Below are positions 53,095 to 62,012 of a stretch of DNA of 64,000 nt, piece after piece. Below the pieces are notes generated by a model. The model searched no databases. It saw only the letters and a program-made list of their open reading frames with translations, and had not been told where the DNA came from. The stretch is from Candidatus Bathyarchaeota archaeon. GTDB taxonomy: Archaea; Thermoproteota; Bathyarchaeia; Bathyarchaeales; Bathycorpusculaceae. The stretch spans positions 10 to 64,009 of the forward strand of contig JAAYYI010000033.1 of NCBI GenBank assembly GCA_012515445.1, written 5' to 3'. Within the stretch, counting starts at the first letter, position 1; each line of letters opens with the position of its first letter. The translations under genes and the position numbers were made by a program.

Positions 53095-54078
53095 TTAGAT
53101 GGGGTAAGCTCCGCATTTCTTGCAGAACTGAATCTTTGTAACCTGCCAACTCTTGCACTTGGGACACTGGATAGCGCCAGGTACCTGTGGGAAGACTTCT
53201 TTGGGTACGCCGAAGACTTTGCGGAAGTGCTGGTAGTAGAGTAGCTGCTCTTGATCGGCGATTTCAACGTCGTCTTGCTCTTTGATTTTAGCTACTTTCT
53301 CCTTGAACTCTTCTAGCGTGAAGGTGTCGTTGAAGTATGTGCGCAACGTTTCGGTACCTGTGCCTGCTTCGAGTGGCGCTTTGGGTCTCCAGATGGCGTC
53401 ATGGGGGATGACGTCTTCGTATGCTTTGCGGAGAATCCATTTGCCATACTTTACTCCGTTGTACATGTTAATCTTGTACTTGATAGGGATCTTCTTGGCC
53501 CATTCCTGGAATTCGGGGTCTAAGTAGGGTGCCTTGATCTCCATGCCCATTGACTTAGCCATAGGGATGGATGAGAAACCCATTTCAGCCCACATTTCCT
53601 GCTGTTTAACAGCAAACTGTTCCTCTGTAAGGTGGAATTGCCAGGGGTAACCGAAAAGCTCGTCAAGCCCGTCTCCGGTGAAGGCGGTTTTGATGCCTTT
53701 CTCTTTAAGTAGGGTTAAGCCGATGTAGACTGGAAGGCTGTTTCGGATCTCCATAGGGTCGAATTTTTTGAGTGCTTCTATGACTTTGGGGTAGAATTTG
53801 AGGAGGTCTTCTTTGCCGAACTGGTAGGTTTCCTGTTTGAGGTGGAGGAAGTCTACCATCATTTTGACGTATTGGGCGTCTTTGGGTTGGCCATGCTTGA
53901 ATGCTAGGGTGATGCAGGGTATGTCGGGTTTGTATTTTACGGCTTCCCAAGCGATTATTTGGGTATCTGTTCCTGCTGAGAAGAGGAAGCCGTCGGCAAG
54001 GTTGTTCTTTACGATTTTGTGAATTAGTGTTCTTGCTTGTTGGGTAAGTTGGGCTACTTCTGTTTCGTTAATGGCCAT
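53095..54078 (-). CDS. Asparagine synthase-like synthetase-domain protein (no glutaminase domain) with C-terminal zinc ribbon
   Basis: 327-aa ORF. FLFSAGTDTQ is a degenerate SGGxDS PP-loop, and FTGDGLDELFGYPW matches the AsnB G.G.DE.FGGY motif. The C-terminus is CPKCKS..CKKCG. Confidence 0.6.
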   Translation of the reverse strand: MAINETEVAQLTQQARTLIHKIVKNNLADGFLFSAGTDTQIIAWEAVKYKPDIPCITLAFKHGQPKDAQYVKMMVDFLHLKQETYQFGKEDLLKFYPKVIEALKKFDPMEIRNSLPVYIGLTLLKEKGIKTAFTGDGLDELFGYPWQFHLTEEQFAVKQQEMWAEMGFSSIPMAKSMGMEIKAPYLDPEFQEWAKKIPIKYKINMYNGVKYGKWILRKAYEDVIPHDAIWRPKAPLEAGTGTETLRTYFNDTFTLEEFKEKVAKIKEQDDVEIADQEQLLYYQHFRKVFGVPKEVFPQVPGAIQCPKCKSWQVTKIQFCKKCGAYPI

Positions 54079-54330
54079 TTCTTTCCCTCGATATTACTGT
54101 GTTTGTCAGCCTCGTCCTTTATAAAGTTAACCGTGTGCTTAGTAAAGCCATTAAATACTGGACGGATGTGCAAATTAATTATTAATAGGTGGACATGTGG
54201 TGATTTGAACGGCTGGCGTATCCATGCTGTATGCTGCCTTAGCACAAAAAAACCAACCATTGAACAGCAAAAACCAAACTTTAAAAGACATAAACCAAAC
54301 ATTACACAAAACAACAAAAAGGCACCCCAC

Positions 54331-55083
54331 ATGAGAGTCAGCGTACTACACATGGCAATCAGACCCAACCTAGACGACAACCTCAAAGCCGCCAAAACAC
54401 AGGTCATCAAAGCAGCAAAACAAAAACCCGCCCTAATCGCCCTCCCAGAATACTTCTCCGTCCCTAACTGCATGGGCGATTTCACCGACGCAGCAGCCAT
54501 CAGCAGAGAAACCTGCAACAAAACACTTGACTTCCTGCAGGATATCTCCGCAAAAATAGGAAACATCTACCTGTTGGGGGGCACGGTGCTCCAAGAAGAC
54601 GGCGGCGCCTACTACAACACCAGCACACTCTGGAAGAACGGTGCCTTAATTGCTAAATACAAAAAAATCAGCCCGATAGACTGCGAATTAAAGGCTGGCG
54701 TCGCTAAAGGCTCAACTCCGCTGGTGGTTGATACGGAGATTGGCAAGCTGGGATTGATTGTTTGCGCTGACAGTTTTAACGCTGAACTGGTAAAAACGGT
54801 TGCGGGGTTAGGTGCAGAGATAATTTCGCTGCCGGTTGCGGCTATGGGTGCTCATCCGCCCGTTAAGGGTCACCCGCTGACTGAGGCGATGGCCCGTAAC
54901 TATGGCGTGTTCGTGCTAAAGGTGGGTAACGTTAGCTCCAGTATGCGTGGCGGAAGAAGCGCCATCATCGCTCCCTGGGGTATTCTGGGTGAAGTTACCG
55001 ATGCACCCGAAGACAGCATATTAACTGCAGAGTTAGATATGGAAAAGTTAAGGGCTTATAGGGCGAAGCTCAGTAAAACTTAG
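54331..55083 (+). CDS. Carbon-nitrogen hydrolase (nitrilase superfamily)
   Basis: 250 aa from ATG 54331. LPEYF carries the catalytic Glu, KYKK the Lys, and LIVCADSF the Cys. Confidence 0.8.
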   Translation: MRVSVLHMAIRPNLDDNLKAAKTQVIKAAKQKPALIALPEYFSVPNCMGDFTDAAAISRETCNKTLDFLQDISAKIGNIYLLGGTVLQEDGGAYYNTSTLWKNGALIAKYKKISPIDCELKAGVAKGSTPLVVDTEIGKLGLIVCADSFNAELVKTVAGLGAEIISLPVAAMGAHPPVKGHPLTEAMARNYGVFVLKVGNVSSSMRGGRSAIIAPWGILGEVTDAPEDSILTAELDMEKLRAYRAKLSKT

Positions 55084-55954
55084 CCCAGTTATCCACAATT
55101 TTCTGCATTTTAAGGAAATTGTAGGTTTTCAGCCATTCCCTGAATGCATCGTTATGCACCGCGAACTGCGCAACCTGCTTAGCGTTCTCCGAATCGTGTA
55201 CAAGCAGCAGTACAGCCATCAGGTTGTGTCTTGATATGATTGCAACCGTTTTTAGCAATGCATCGAGTTTATCGTCGGTGGGCATTTCTGCGCTGAGTTC
55301 AACCACCACGGGTTTTTTGAGTGTAGCCACAAAGTCGCGGACGATCGTATCTACCCAGTAGTTAGTGAAGTAGTTGCCGCTTGATAAGGGAACATGGAAG
55401 TAATCGACTAGCTCCGCGATTGCCGCGAAGTCTATGCCGAAGCGCTCCTTGGCAAGAACTGGGTCTGGGAACATTTCCACAGCAAAGGTGCCCTTGGTGT
55501 GGGTTTTGGCTTCTTTGAGGAATTCGGTTATTGTTTTAGCCCGCCACTCTGTCCAGTTTAAACCGCTTTTCTGGTGTAGTTCGGTGCATCTTGGGCAGGT
55601 GCAGAAGCTTTCGTCAGCGAAGTGGTAGAGGTTCAAGGTGACGCCCTCGATGTCCTCTTTTGATACGCTGTCGAGGTAATCGAATACTTTTTTTCGGTAA
55701 GCTGGATTAGTTGGGCATACAAAGTCAAAGGCGAGATTAGCTTTACGGTTTTTACGCATAGCTGGTCCATCTTTAGATTGTGAAACCATGCTGGGGTCTT
55801 CACGGATTGCTTTTGCGTCGCAGAAGACGGTTACGTCGTTCTGCATGCCCTTCGCGGCTGGGAACGCTTGTCCGTCAACCCATTTACTGAAGAAAACATG
55901 AACGTCATAGCCCGGTACAAACTCGGGTTTGTATGTAACTAAGCCAATTTGCAT
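55070..55954 (-). CDS. GHL10/UPF0748-like TIM-barrel protein, paralogue 1
   Basis: 294-aa ORF. It shares HFADESFCTCPRCTELHQKSGLNWTEWRAKTITEFL and PDPVLAKERFGIDF with 62013-62915. The FCxCxxC...W..WR pattern recalls the glycoside-hydrolase-like 10 family. Confidence 0.45.
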   Translation of the reverse strand: MQIGLVTYKPEFVPGYDVHVFFSKWVDGQAFPAAKGMQNDVTVFCDAKAIREDPSMVSQSKDGPAMRKNRKANLAFDFVCPTNPAYRKKVFDYLDSVSKEDIEGVTLNLYHFADESFCTCPRCTELHQKSGLNWTEWRAKTITEFLKEAKTHTKGTFAVEMFPDPVLAKERFGIDFAAIAELVDYFHVPLSSGNYFTNYWVDTIVRDFVATLKKPVVVELSAEMPTDDKLDALLKTVAIISRHNLMAVLLLVHDSENAKQVAQFAVHNDAFREWLKTYNFLKMQKIVDNWAKFY

Positions 55955-56014
55955 GCCCTAATTCAATGCTCGCAACAGATATATCTCTGGCGCTTATTTA
56001 ATTGTTGATTTCAT

Positions 56015-56239
56015 ATGGACAAACAAAAGTCTAAGTCACCAATAACGATTGATCTCGCCAATTGCGGTCCCTGCACTGGGCAAATCTGTATTGGTGTTTG
56101 TCCACAGGGCGCTCTTGAAGAGGGCAAAAACCGCAAACCACAGATTGTTACAGTAGTTACCTGTACCAAATGCGGCGTATGCATGAACCTGTGCCCAAAC
56201 AAAGCCATCAGTTTAAATGCCTCTGCCCCTAAAAAGTAG
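56015..56239 (+). CDS. 2x[4Fe-4S]-type small ferredoxin
   Basis: 74-aa ORF with CGPCTGQICIGVCP and CTKCGVCMNLCP. Confidence 0.7.
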   Translation: MDKQKSKSPITIDLANCGPCTGQICIGVCPQGALEEGKNRKPQIVTVVTCTKCGVCMNLCPNKAISLNASAPKK

Positions 56240-56257
56240 CAAACGGGGTCAATAAAA

Positions 56258-57265
56258 GTGGATCAGCAGCGTGACTTTCCCGGCGACATCAAGTTTATTG
56301 TTAAAGACAACGTTTTAGCCTTCACTTCGCCAGAAGGCTTCGATATCATTAGCTCAGCGATTTTCAACGGCGGCGCCAGACACATCAAAAACGTTCTAAA
56401 CATCGGTGTACCGCCCGGCTACAGCGATGTGGCGCTGCATATGGATCCGATGGCGCTTATCACAATGTCCGCGGCTAAGCTGGACTTAAAAAAGGATTAC
56501 TTGGCGATGGTTACCGCTGCTAACGTGCACAACTTTAGTTTGGTTTCAAAGAAAAACGAGGAATGCACAGTCTATATTGCAGCTACGGCAGGGTGCAGCC
56601 ATGGTGAATCCAGCGGCGAAACCATAAAAGTCGAGGAAATCCTCGGCACCATAAACATCATAGTTCTAATCGACGGTGCGCCAGTTCAAAGCTGCCTAGC
56701 CGCCGCCATGATAACAGCCACAGAAGCCAAATCCGCAGCGCTCCACGACCTTGACGTACGCAGCCGCTACACAGGCGACCTCGCAACAGGCTCAATTACA
56801 GACAGCGTCACGGTGGCAACCACCGGCAAAGGCATACCTATTGTGCTAGGCGGCCCTGCATCGACTCTGGGTCAACTCGTAGGTGCTTGCACACGACAGG
56901 CAGTTACCGAGGCGCTGCTTAAGCAGGAGCCTGAATGGATTAACCGCTCAGTGCTTGATCGGCTAAGAGAACGTAAATTGCCGGTTGAAAAGTTGGCTTC
57001 TGAAGTCTCCAAAATTAAAGGTTTAGAAATCACCGCCGAGGAACTAACAGAGTTACTGAAAAAGGATCCTTCAGCGTTGGCGTCGCTACTTGCGGCGGCA
57101 CGAATGGATGACGACTACAAGAAGAGTCTTCTTCCAACTGACTTTGCAAGCTGGAGCCAAATCACCGCCTGCGCAGAATGCAAGAAAATGCAGGGCTACG
57201 AAGCGGTTGAGTTGCCGCCATTCATAAAAGACGCCTTAGTCAAAATCCTCAAAGCCACCCGTTAA
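56258..57265 (+). CDS. cbiZ: Adenosylcobinamide amidohydrolase CbiZ-like protein with about 120-aa C-terminal extension
   Basis: 335-aa ORF starting at GTG, with AIFNGG, VTAANV, ATAGCSHGES, GTINIIVLID, ITATEAKSAAL and ATGSITDSV. Confidence 0.7.
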   Translation: MDQQRDFPGDIKFIVKDNVLAFTSPEGFDIISSAIFNGGARHIKNVLNIGVPPGYSDVALHMDPMALITMSAAKLDLKKDYLAMVTAANVHNFSLVSKKNEECTVYIAATAGCSHGESSGETIKVEEILGTINIIVLIDGAPVQSCLAAAMITATEAKSAALHDLDVRSRYTGDLATGSITDSVTVATTGKGIPIVLGGPASTLGQLVGACTRQAVTEALLKQEPEWINRSVLDRLRERKLPVEKLASEVSKIKGLEITAEELTELLKKDPSALASLLAAARMDDDYKKSLLPTDFASWSQITACAECKKMQGYEAVELPPFIKDALVKILKATR

Positions 57266-57280
57266 GGGTCAGGATACGGC

Positions 57281-57628
57281 TTGAACGTAATAAACCCCAA
57301 AGACCCGTCACAGAAGCAGGCAACCTCCATATGCATTGTTTCTCCTGATAAAACTGAGGCTGTCTGTTTTGAACCGCAGGAACTCGAAGAGTTAATCGCT
57401 GAGTTATCCAGCGGAAGAATCGCGCTAGATTACCTTGCCGAGCACCTAAAACTAACCTGTCATCAGCTTTACTACGTCGTCGAGCACCTGCGGAAGACTG
57501 GAAAAGTTAGCGGCGAATTAACTTACAGTACCTTCACCTCCAGCGGCACCTCAAAGCTATTACACCTCGAGAAGATAAAAGTGCAGAAACGTATGCATAG
57601 GCAGAAGATGCGGGAAAAAGGAAAGTGA
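57281..57628 (+). CDS. Hypothetical protein (possible winged-helix segment, basic tail)
   Basis: 115-aa ORF starting at TTG, 15 nt after the cbiZ stop. No diagnostic motif. Confidence 0.35.
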   Translation: MNVINPKDPSQKQATSICIVSPDKTEAVCFEPQELEELIAELSSGRIALDYLAEHLKLTCHQLYYVVEHLRKTGKVSGELTYSTFTSSGTSKLLHLEKIKVQKRMHRQKMREKGK

Positions 57629-58083
57629 TAATTACGTTTTCATAAGCGCTGTTTGTTAGTTTTAGTTAATAGCGGCTATTTGCGGAGCAACTGTTGCCTT
57701 AGCAAACAATGGGTTACTTAACAATAGAAAGCATACAAGCAACGATTTAGGCTGGCTAAAAATAAATGCCCAAATTATTTAGGCGGAAAATTTTGCGTCA
57801 ATCAGCCAGCAGTTAGCGATGATAACCTGATAACAGCCAGTGCGTTTGCAGCGTTAGAGTTTTCTTACGAGGTTTTCAAGAGGACTGGCGTTAAGAAAGC
57901 ACAAACCGCGAGGCGTGGTATCAACTATATAAGACAAGGAACGCTGGGTGTTTTACAGAATTGATGGAGTCGTTAAAATAGACACACTCATAGCTCCTTA
58001 AAGTTGCTAAATCAGACCGTTATCAAGGGACAATCAAGAAAACGGGAACATTTTTAACACAACATCGTTTTCCCTACCAGAGA

Positions 58084-58635
58084 ATGAGAAGACACTGGGT
58101 ATTTCTTACATTCGTATTCGTGTTTGCTATCTCAGCGTTGACTATACTGATTGGTTACTCCCTTTTGCCCATCTCTCAGCAGGATATGGCTCAGCCTTGG
58201 ATCTTTAAGGGCGCATATGCAACATACACTGGTCAAGTAGTCGACGTTTCTACACAAACCAATCTTTCCGCAAGAATCGAAGTCACAGACGTAAATGCCT
58301 CCCACGTGCAGGTTAGGACTTCCTCAACAATTGCGCCTTCTTCTGGGCCAGCAGTCAACGATCACTTTACTCTCTGGATAAGTAAAGCCAACGTAAGCTT
58401 CCAGCCCCCGGGAGAAGCTTTTGCACGGAGCTACAGCGCACAAATCTCGAATCGATCCTGCACTGTCTACGAGTACACTAACGAAGCCATAAACGCCACC
58501 TACTACATCGATGATGCTCTGCAGTGGCCTGTTCGGCTTGTCTATATGACAGGCTTTGAAAACCAGCTTTACACCTTAGACTTCCGACTTAATAGTACAA
58601 ACATAGGGGCGCTGGACGAGGCTTTTTTTGGTTGA
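58084..58635 (+). CDS. Hypothetical N-terminally anchored extracellular protein
   Basis: 183-aa ORF with an N-terminal TM helix (WVFLTFVFVFAISALTILIGY). The remainder is beta-rich. Confidence 0.4.
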   Translation: MRRHWVFLTFVFVFAISALTILIGYSLLPISQQDMAQPWIFKGAYATYTGQVVDVSTQTNLSARIEVTDVNASHVQVRTSSTIAPSSGPAVNDHFTLWISKANVSFQPPGEAFARSYSAQISNRSCTVYEYTNEAINATYYIDDALQWPVRLVYMTGFENQLYTLDFRLNSTNIGALDEAFFG

Positions 58636-58737
58636 ATAGAGCGCGCTAAGCACATCACAGCTTTCTCATTTGGAGGAAAGGCGAAAGCGTAAAAACGTGA
58701 GCATAGGCGGAAAATGACCTGAAAAAGAAAGTAGCGG

Positions 58738-60150
58738 TTAAGCTTTTGCTGCTCCACGCCTTCTGGCAAACACTAAAACCGCTATGGCTATCGCCGAAGC
58801 CAAGAGTACGATTGCAACTGCGGTAATTTCAGGCGTTAACTCTAAAGTAACGCCGGTGCTGTCAATTGAGGACGGTGGAGTCCATTTTGCAGGGCTAGGT
58901 GTCGGCGTTACTGTTGGTGTAGCGGTGGACTGTGGGGAAACCGGTGTCCCCAAATTTATTGGCTGATCATAAACTGGTAATGCTATGTTTATGGTTGGTG
59001 CTTCAAAGGGTGCAACTAGTGGATAGTTGTCTTTGTTTTCGGAATTAATTACATAAGGTGTGTCGCCTATGCCGTCGCCATTTAAGTCAGCGCCGGTGTA
59101 GTCGCTCCAGTAGTTGCCAACGCCGCCTTTATCCCAGATGCTGCCGCCTGTGTGGTAATCGCTGTAGAATTTGACGTTAGCAGAGTTGTTGATGAAGGCG
59201 TTGTGGTAGAAGGTGTTGTTTAAGCCACTGCCACCATTCAGGTTGCAAATGCAAACTCCACTGTTATATTCAGCGCCGTAAGTGGCATATCCTTCGTCCA
59301 TGATATAGTTATCGTAGAAGAGGTTGTCTCTGCAGGTGCTGCCTATCCATATTCCCCACACGGATGGCCCCCTGATTTGGTTTCCGGATACTATGTTGTT
59401 TGAGCAGGATCGGTCGGAATTGCCTAAGCTGATTTCGCCGCTGTTTCCCTGAATGGTGTTGTAGTCGCCGTAGAAAACGTGCATTAAATCGTAGGAATTG
59501 TGAGTTATTGTGTTATAGGAGCCCCAGACTATGAGACTTCCAGAGATATTGTTGCTATAAAGGTTGCAGTAGCTGGCGTTAACTGAAATACTATGATTAG
59601 CCGCGTTAACTCTATTTTGTGAAAGAGTAATGTTAGAACCCTCTATACGCCAGTCATCGCCAGTTAGTGTGCATCTTTCGATTGCTACCTTGGAGCCGGT
59701 TAAGCTGCAGGTTTTTCCAAGCGTAATAATGTTACTTACAAGTTGTACCTCATCGCCGTTGCCTGTAATGCCGCCGGTCGAATTGATTGTTAAGCCCGAG
59801 ATTCTGACGTTGTCTGAGTTGATGATAATTGCGTCGTCTGGGTAATAGTAAGTGCGGTTAAAGTATGAGCTATAGACGCTTTCAATAGTCGGATTTATGA
59901 TAACAAAATTGTTTCTGACGTCTTCGCCACTTATGGTTAATGGTTTGTTTATTTCGAAGCATGAATCGTTGTAGACGCCATTTCTTACGTAGATTGTGTC
60001 GCCTGCTGAGGCGCTTGCTATTGCTTGTGTGATTGTGGGATAGTCATCGGGAACGATTATAGTTTTTGAGCCGGCGTTTACTTGGTTGACTGATGCTGCG
60101 CTTATGAGAAGTATGCAAGCTATGAATAGGACGGCTGAAGGTTTTAACAT
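58738..60150 (-). CDS. Secreted right-handed parallel beta-helix (NosD/pectin-lyase-fold) protein with C-terminal TM anchor
   Basis: 470-aa ORF with a signal peptide. There are multiple about 22-aa N.I.GN-type repeats (NNISGS, HNSYD, GNQIRG, YDNYI, YHNAF). A PT-rich linker precedes the TM helix and RRRG. Confidence 0.7.
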   Translation of the reverse strand: MLKPSAVLFIACILLISAASVNQVNAGSKTIIVPDDYPTITQAIASASAGDTIYVRNGVYNDSCFEINKPLTISGEDVRNNFVIINPTIESVYSSYFNRTYYYPDDAIIINSDNVRISGLTINSTGGITGNGDEVQLVSNIITLGKTCSLTGSKVAIERCTLTGDDWRIEGSNITLSQNRVNAANHSISVNASYCNLYSNNISGSLIVWGSYNTITHNSYDLMHVFYGDYNTIQGNSGEISLGNSDRSCSNNIVSGNQIRGPSVWGIWIGSTCRDNLFYDNYIMDEGYATYGAEYNSGVCICNLNGGSGLNNTFYHNAFINNSANVKFYSDYHTGGSIWDKGGVGNYWSDYTGADLNGDGIGDTPYVINSENKDNYPLVAPFEAPTINIALPVYDQPINLGTPVSPQSTATPTVTPTPSPAKWTPPSSIDSTGVTLELTPEITAVAIVLLASAIAIAVLVFARRRGAAKA

Positions 60151-60270
60151 GCTTTAACCTTCTTTGGTTAAGGTCAAGGTAGAATAAAGCTCTCTGCATG
60201 GAACATTGTGTTCTTTTTTTCGAACAGCGTAGCGAACGCAGTTTTGCTTATAATGAACAATTGAAAAAAT

Positions 60271-61335
60271 TCAGCGCGGAATGGTCATCACAAATTTTGT
60301 GCCCTTCCCTGCTTCGCCCTCTTCACATATGCTCCAGCCGTAAACTTGAACGATCTTTTTTGACAAAAACAAGCCAAAGCCTGTGCTGCCGCCCGTGCTG
60401 AAGCCCTGCCTGAAGAGTTGGTCCTTGCAGTTAATGGGTATACCCATGCCGTCATCCTCATAGATGAGCCGTAAGTCGCCAGCTGGTGTTCCCTGATGGT
60501 AAATCCAGACGTTCTGGGTTGTTTTACCATACTTGCGTGTGTTATCCATGAAGTTGAACAGCAGCTGCCTTAGCAGTGAATCAGCATGGACGATTAAGCC
60601 GTGGCAGTCATTGATTACTTTAAAAGGTAAACTCGGGAACATTTCAACTGCGCCGTCCACGGCTTTACCTACATCTAAATCGACAAGTGCCTCCATACCT
60701 ACCTGTTCATAGGTTGAGGCAAGCTCGAAAATCTTCATTGAGTCATTGACTGCACGGGACATTTTATCTAAGCCGTCAACGACGTCGACCATGTCGTAGT
60801 GCCGTTTTTTGAGAATGTAGGTGTAGCTTGTTACTGAGCTGAGCTTGTTGCGTACGTCGTGGCGTGTGAGGCTGCCGACGACTTTGAGTTTTTCGTTTAA
60901 CTCTTCAATTTTGTCTATGTTGGCGGAGAGATATTCGAGGGCGACGGTCATGTCTTTTTCCATGATTTTCTGCTCGGTGATGTCGGTGGCGCTGACTGCG
61001 GAGCCGAGGTAGACGCCGTTGTCACCGTAGACTGGTGAGCAGTTGACTAGGACGGGAACTAGCGAGTCGTCTTTTCTTTGCGCTAAATATTCTGCTGCAA
61101 CGGCTTCTTTGCTGTTCAGCCACTTTGTTATTATCTCAGTTTCTTCTTTGGCATCTGTGCCCGATAACAAGGGTACCATGTCTTGGCCTAGCGCCTGGTT
61201 TTTTGTGTAGCCGAAGAGCTTCTCTGAAGCGCTATTCCAGAATGTGATTTTCCTGTTGGCATCTACCATTATTACGGCTTGCCCAATGCGGTCTAGTAGG
61301 TTAGCGTGAAAGCTTTCGGCGGCTTTTAGTTCCAA
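60271..61335 (-). CDS. PAS-domain sensor histidine kinase
   Basis: 354-aa ORF with a PAS domain (ITFWNSASEKLFGY), the H-box LTRHDVRNKL, the N box (FMDNTRKYG) and G boxes (DDGMGI, GFGL). Confidence 0.8.
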   Translation of the reverse strand: MELKAAESFHANLLDRIGQAVIMVDANRKITFWNSASEKLFGYTKNQALGQDMVPLLSGTDAKEETEIITKWLNSKEAVAAEYLAQRKDDSLVPVLVNCSPVYGDNGVYLGSAVSATDITEQKIMEKDMTVALEYLSANIDKIEELNEKLKVVGSLTRHDVRNKLSSVTSYTYILKKRHYDMVDVVDGLDKMSRAVNDSMKIFELASTYEQVGMEALVDLDVGKAVDGAVEMFPSLPFKVINDCHGLIVHADSLLRQLLFNFMDNTRKYGKTTQNVWIYHQGTPAGDLRLIYEDDGMGIPINCKDQLFRQGFSTGGSTGFGLFLSKKIVQVYGWSICEEGEAGKGTKFVMTIPR

Positions 61336-61508
61336 GACTTATCGCTCAATTATGCCCTTACCTCTGAATAAAATTGTTATGAATCGACAATCCACTTCGT
61401 TTATCGATCACACTTCGTCAGTTTGTTAGCACAGTAACATGGCGTATAAACAGGAGATAGCTTGTCCGGCTTTCAGACTAAACCGACGGTATCCTAAGTT
61501 ACGTTTTA

Positions 61509-61612
61509 GCGCAACAGTAGGTTCTACCTACTCTTCACTGCTTTAAATAGGGGGGAGGTCACTTTGAGACGAGTAGGTCCTAAAAAGCCTCTTATATAAG
61601 GGGAGGGGGGTC
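61509..61612. repeat. Mosaic repeat, copy C (two C-rich/TATA-like modules in reverse orientation + 7-bp hairpin AGTAGGT-TCT-ACCTACT)
   Basis: CTTTAAATAGGGGGGAGGTCACTTTGAGACGAGTAGGTCCTAAAAAGCCTCTTATATAAGGGGAGGGGGGTC. Its reverse complement aligns with 63203-63255. Confidence 0.7.
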
Positions 61613-61693
61613 TTGTGAGAGCAAAAGACTCTGATCGTTGTAATTTTTAGGACGCACAAAGCGGTTTATTGTTTGTCTGCTTCTTTGTTGGCT

Positions 61694-61816
61694 ATGATGC
61701 CTATAATGTTTAAGTGTCCAATATGTCAAGCTGTTCTTGCTGATCCAGCTGAGTTACGTGAGCACAGGTTAGCTAAGCACAGGAATTGTGTGCATGAAGC
61801 TAAATGTGTGTGCTAA
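61694..61816 (+). CDS. 40-aa C2H2 zinc-finger mini-protein (below the ORF-track cutoff)
   Basis: The translation MMPIMFKCPICQAVLADPAELREHRLAKHRNCVHEAKCVC has exact C-x2-C-x12-H-x4-H spacing. I read it directly from the sequence. Confidence 0.5.
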   Translation: MMPIMFKCPICQAVLADPAELREHRLAKHRNCVHEAKCVC

Positions 61817-62012
61817 ATTGGCACCGCAATATTGCTGTTATTAATTGATGTGCTGTCAGCGGATATGCTGAGTAGCTTATGGCGTGATTGCTAATATTCA
61901 GCAATCCAGTTGTCTAACTCTAAGAAACCAGTGCAACCTGCCCTTCCTGCGAAGACTTAATAAGGTTCCAGAGGTCATGTTCTCGTTAAAATCAACATAA
62001 GGTGTATTAGAT

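Noticed and set aside
54037-54330. 98-codon extension of the nitrilase ORF
   Set aside because: It overlaps the 5' end of the divergent AsnB-like gene and is low-complexity (Lys/Gln/Asn/Pro runs). C-N hydrolase homology starts at ATG 54331.
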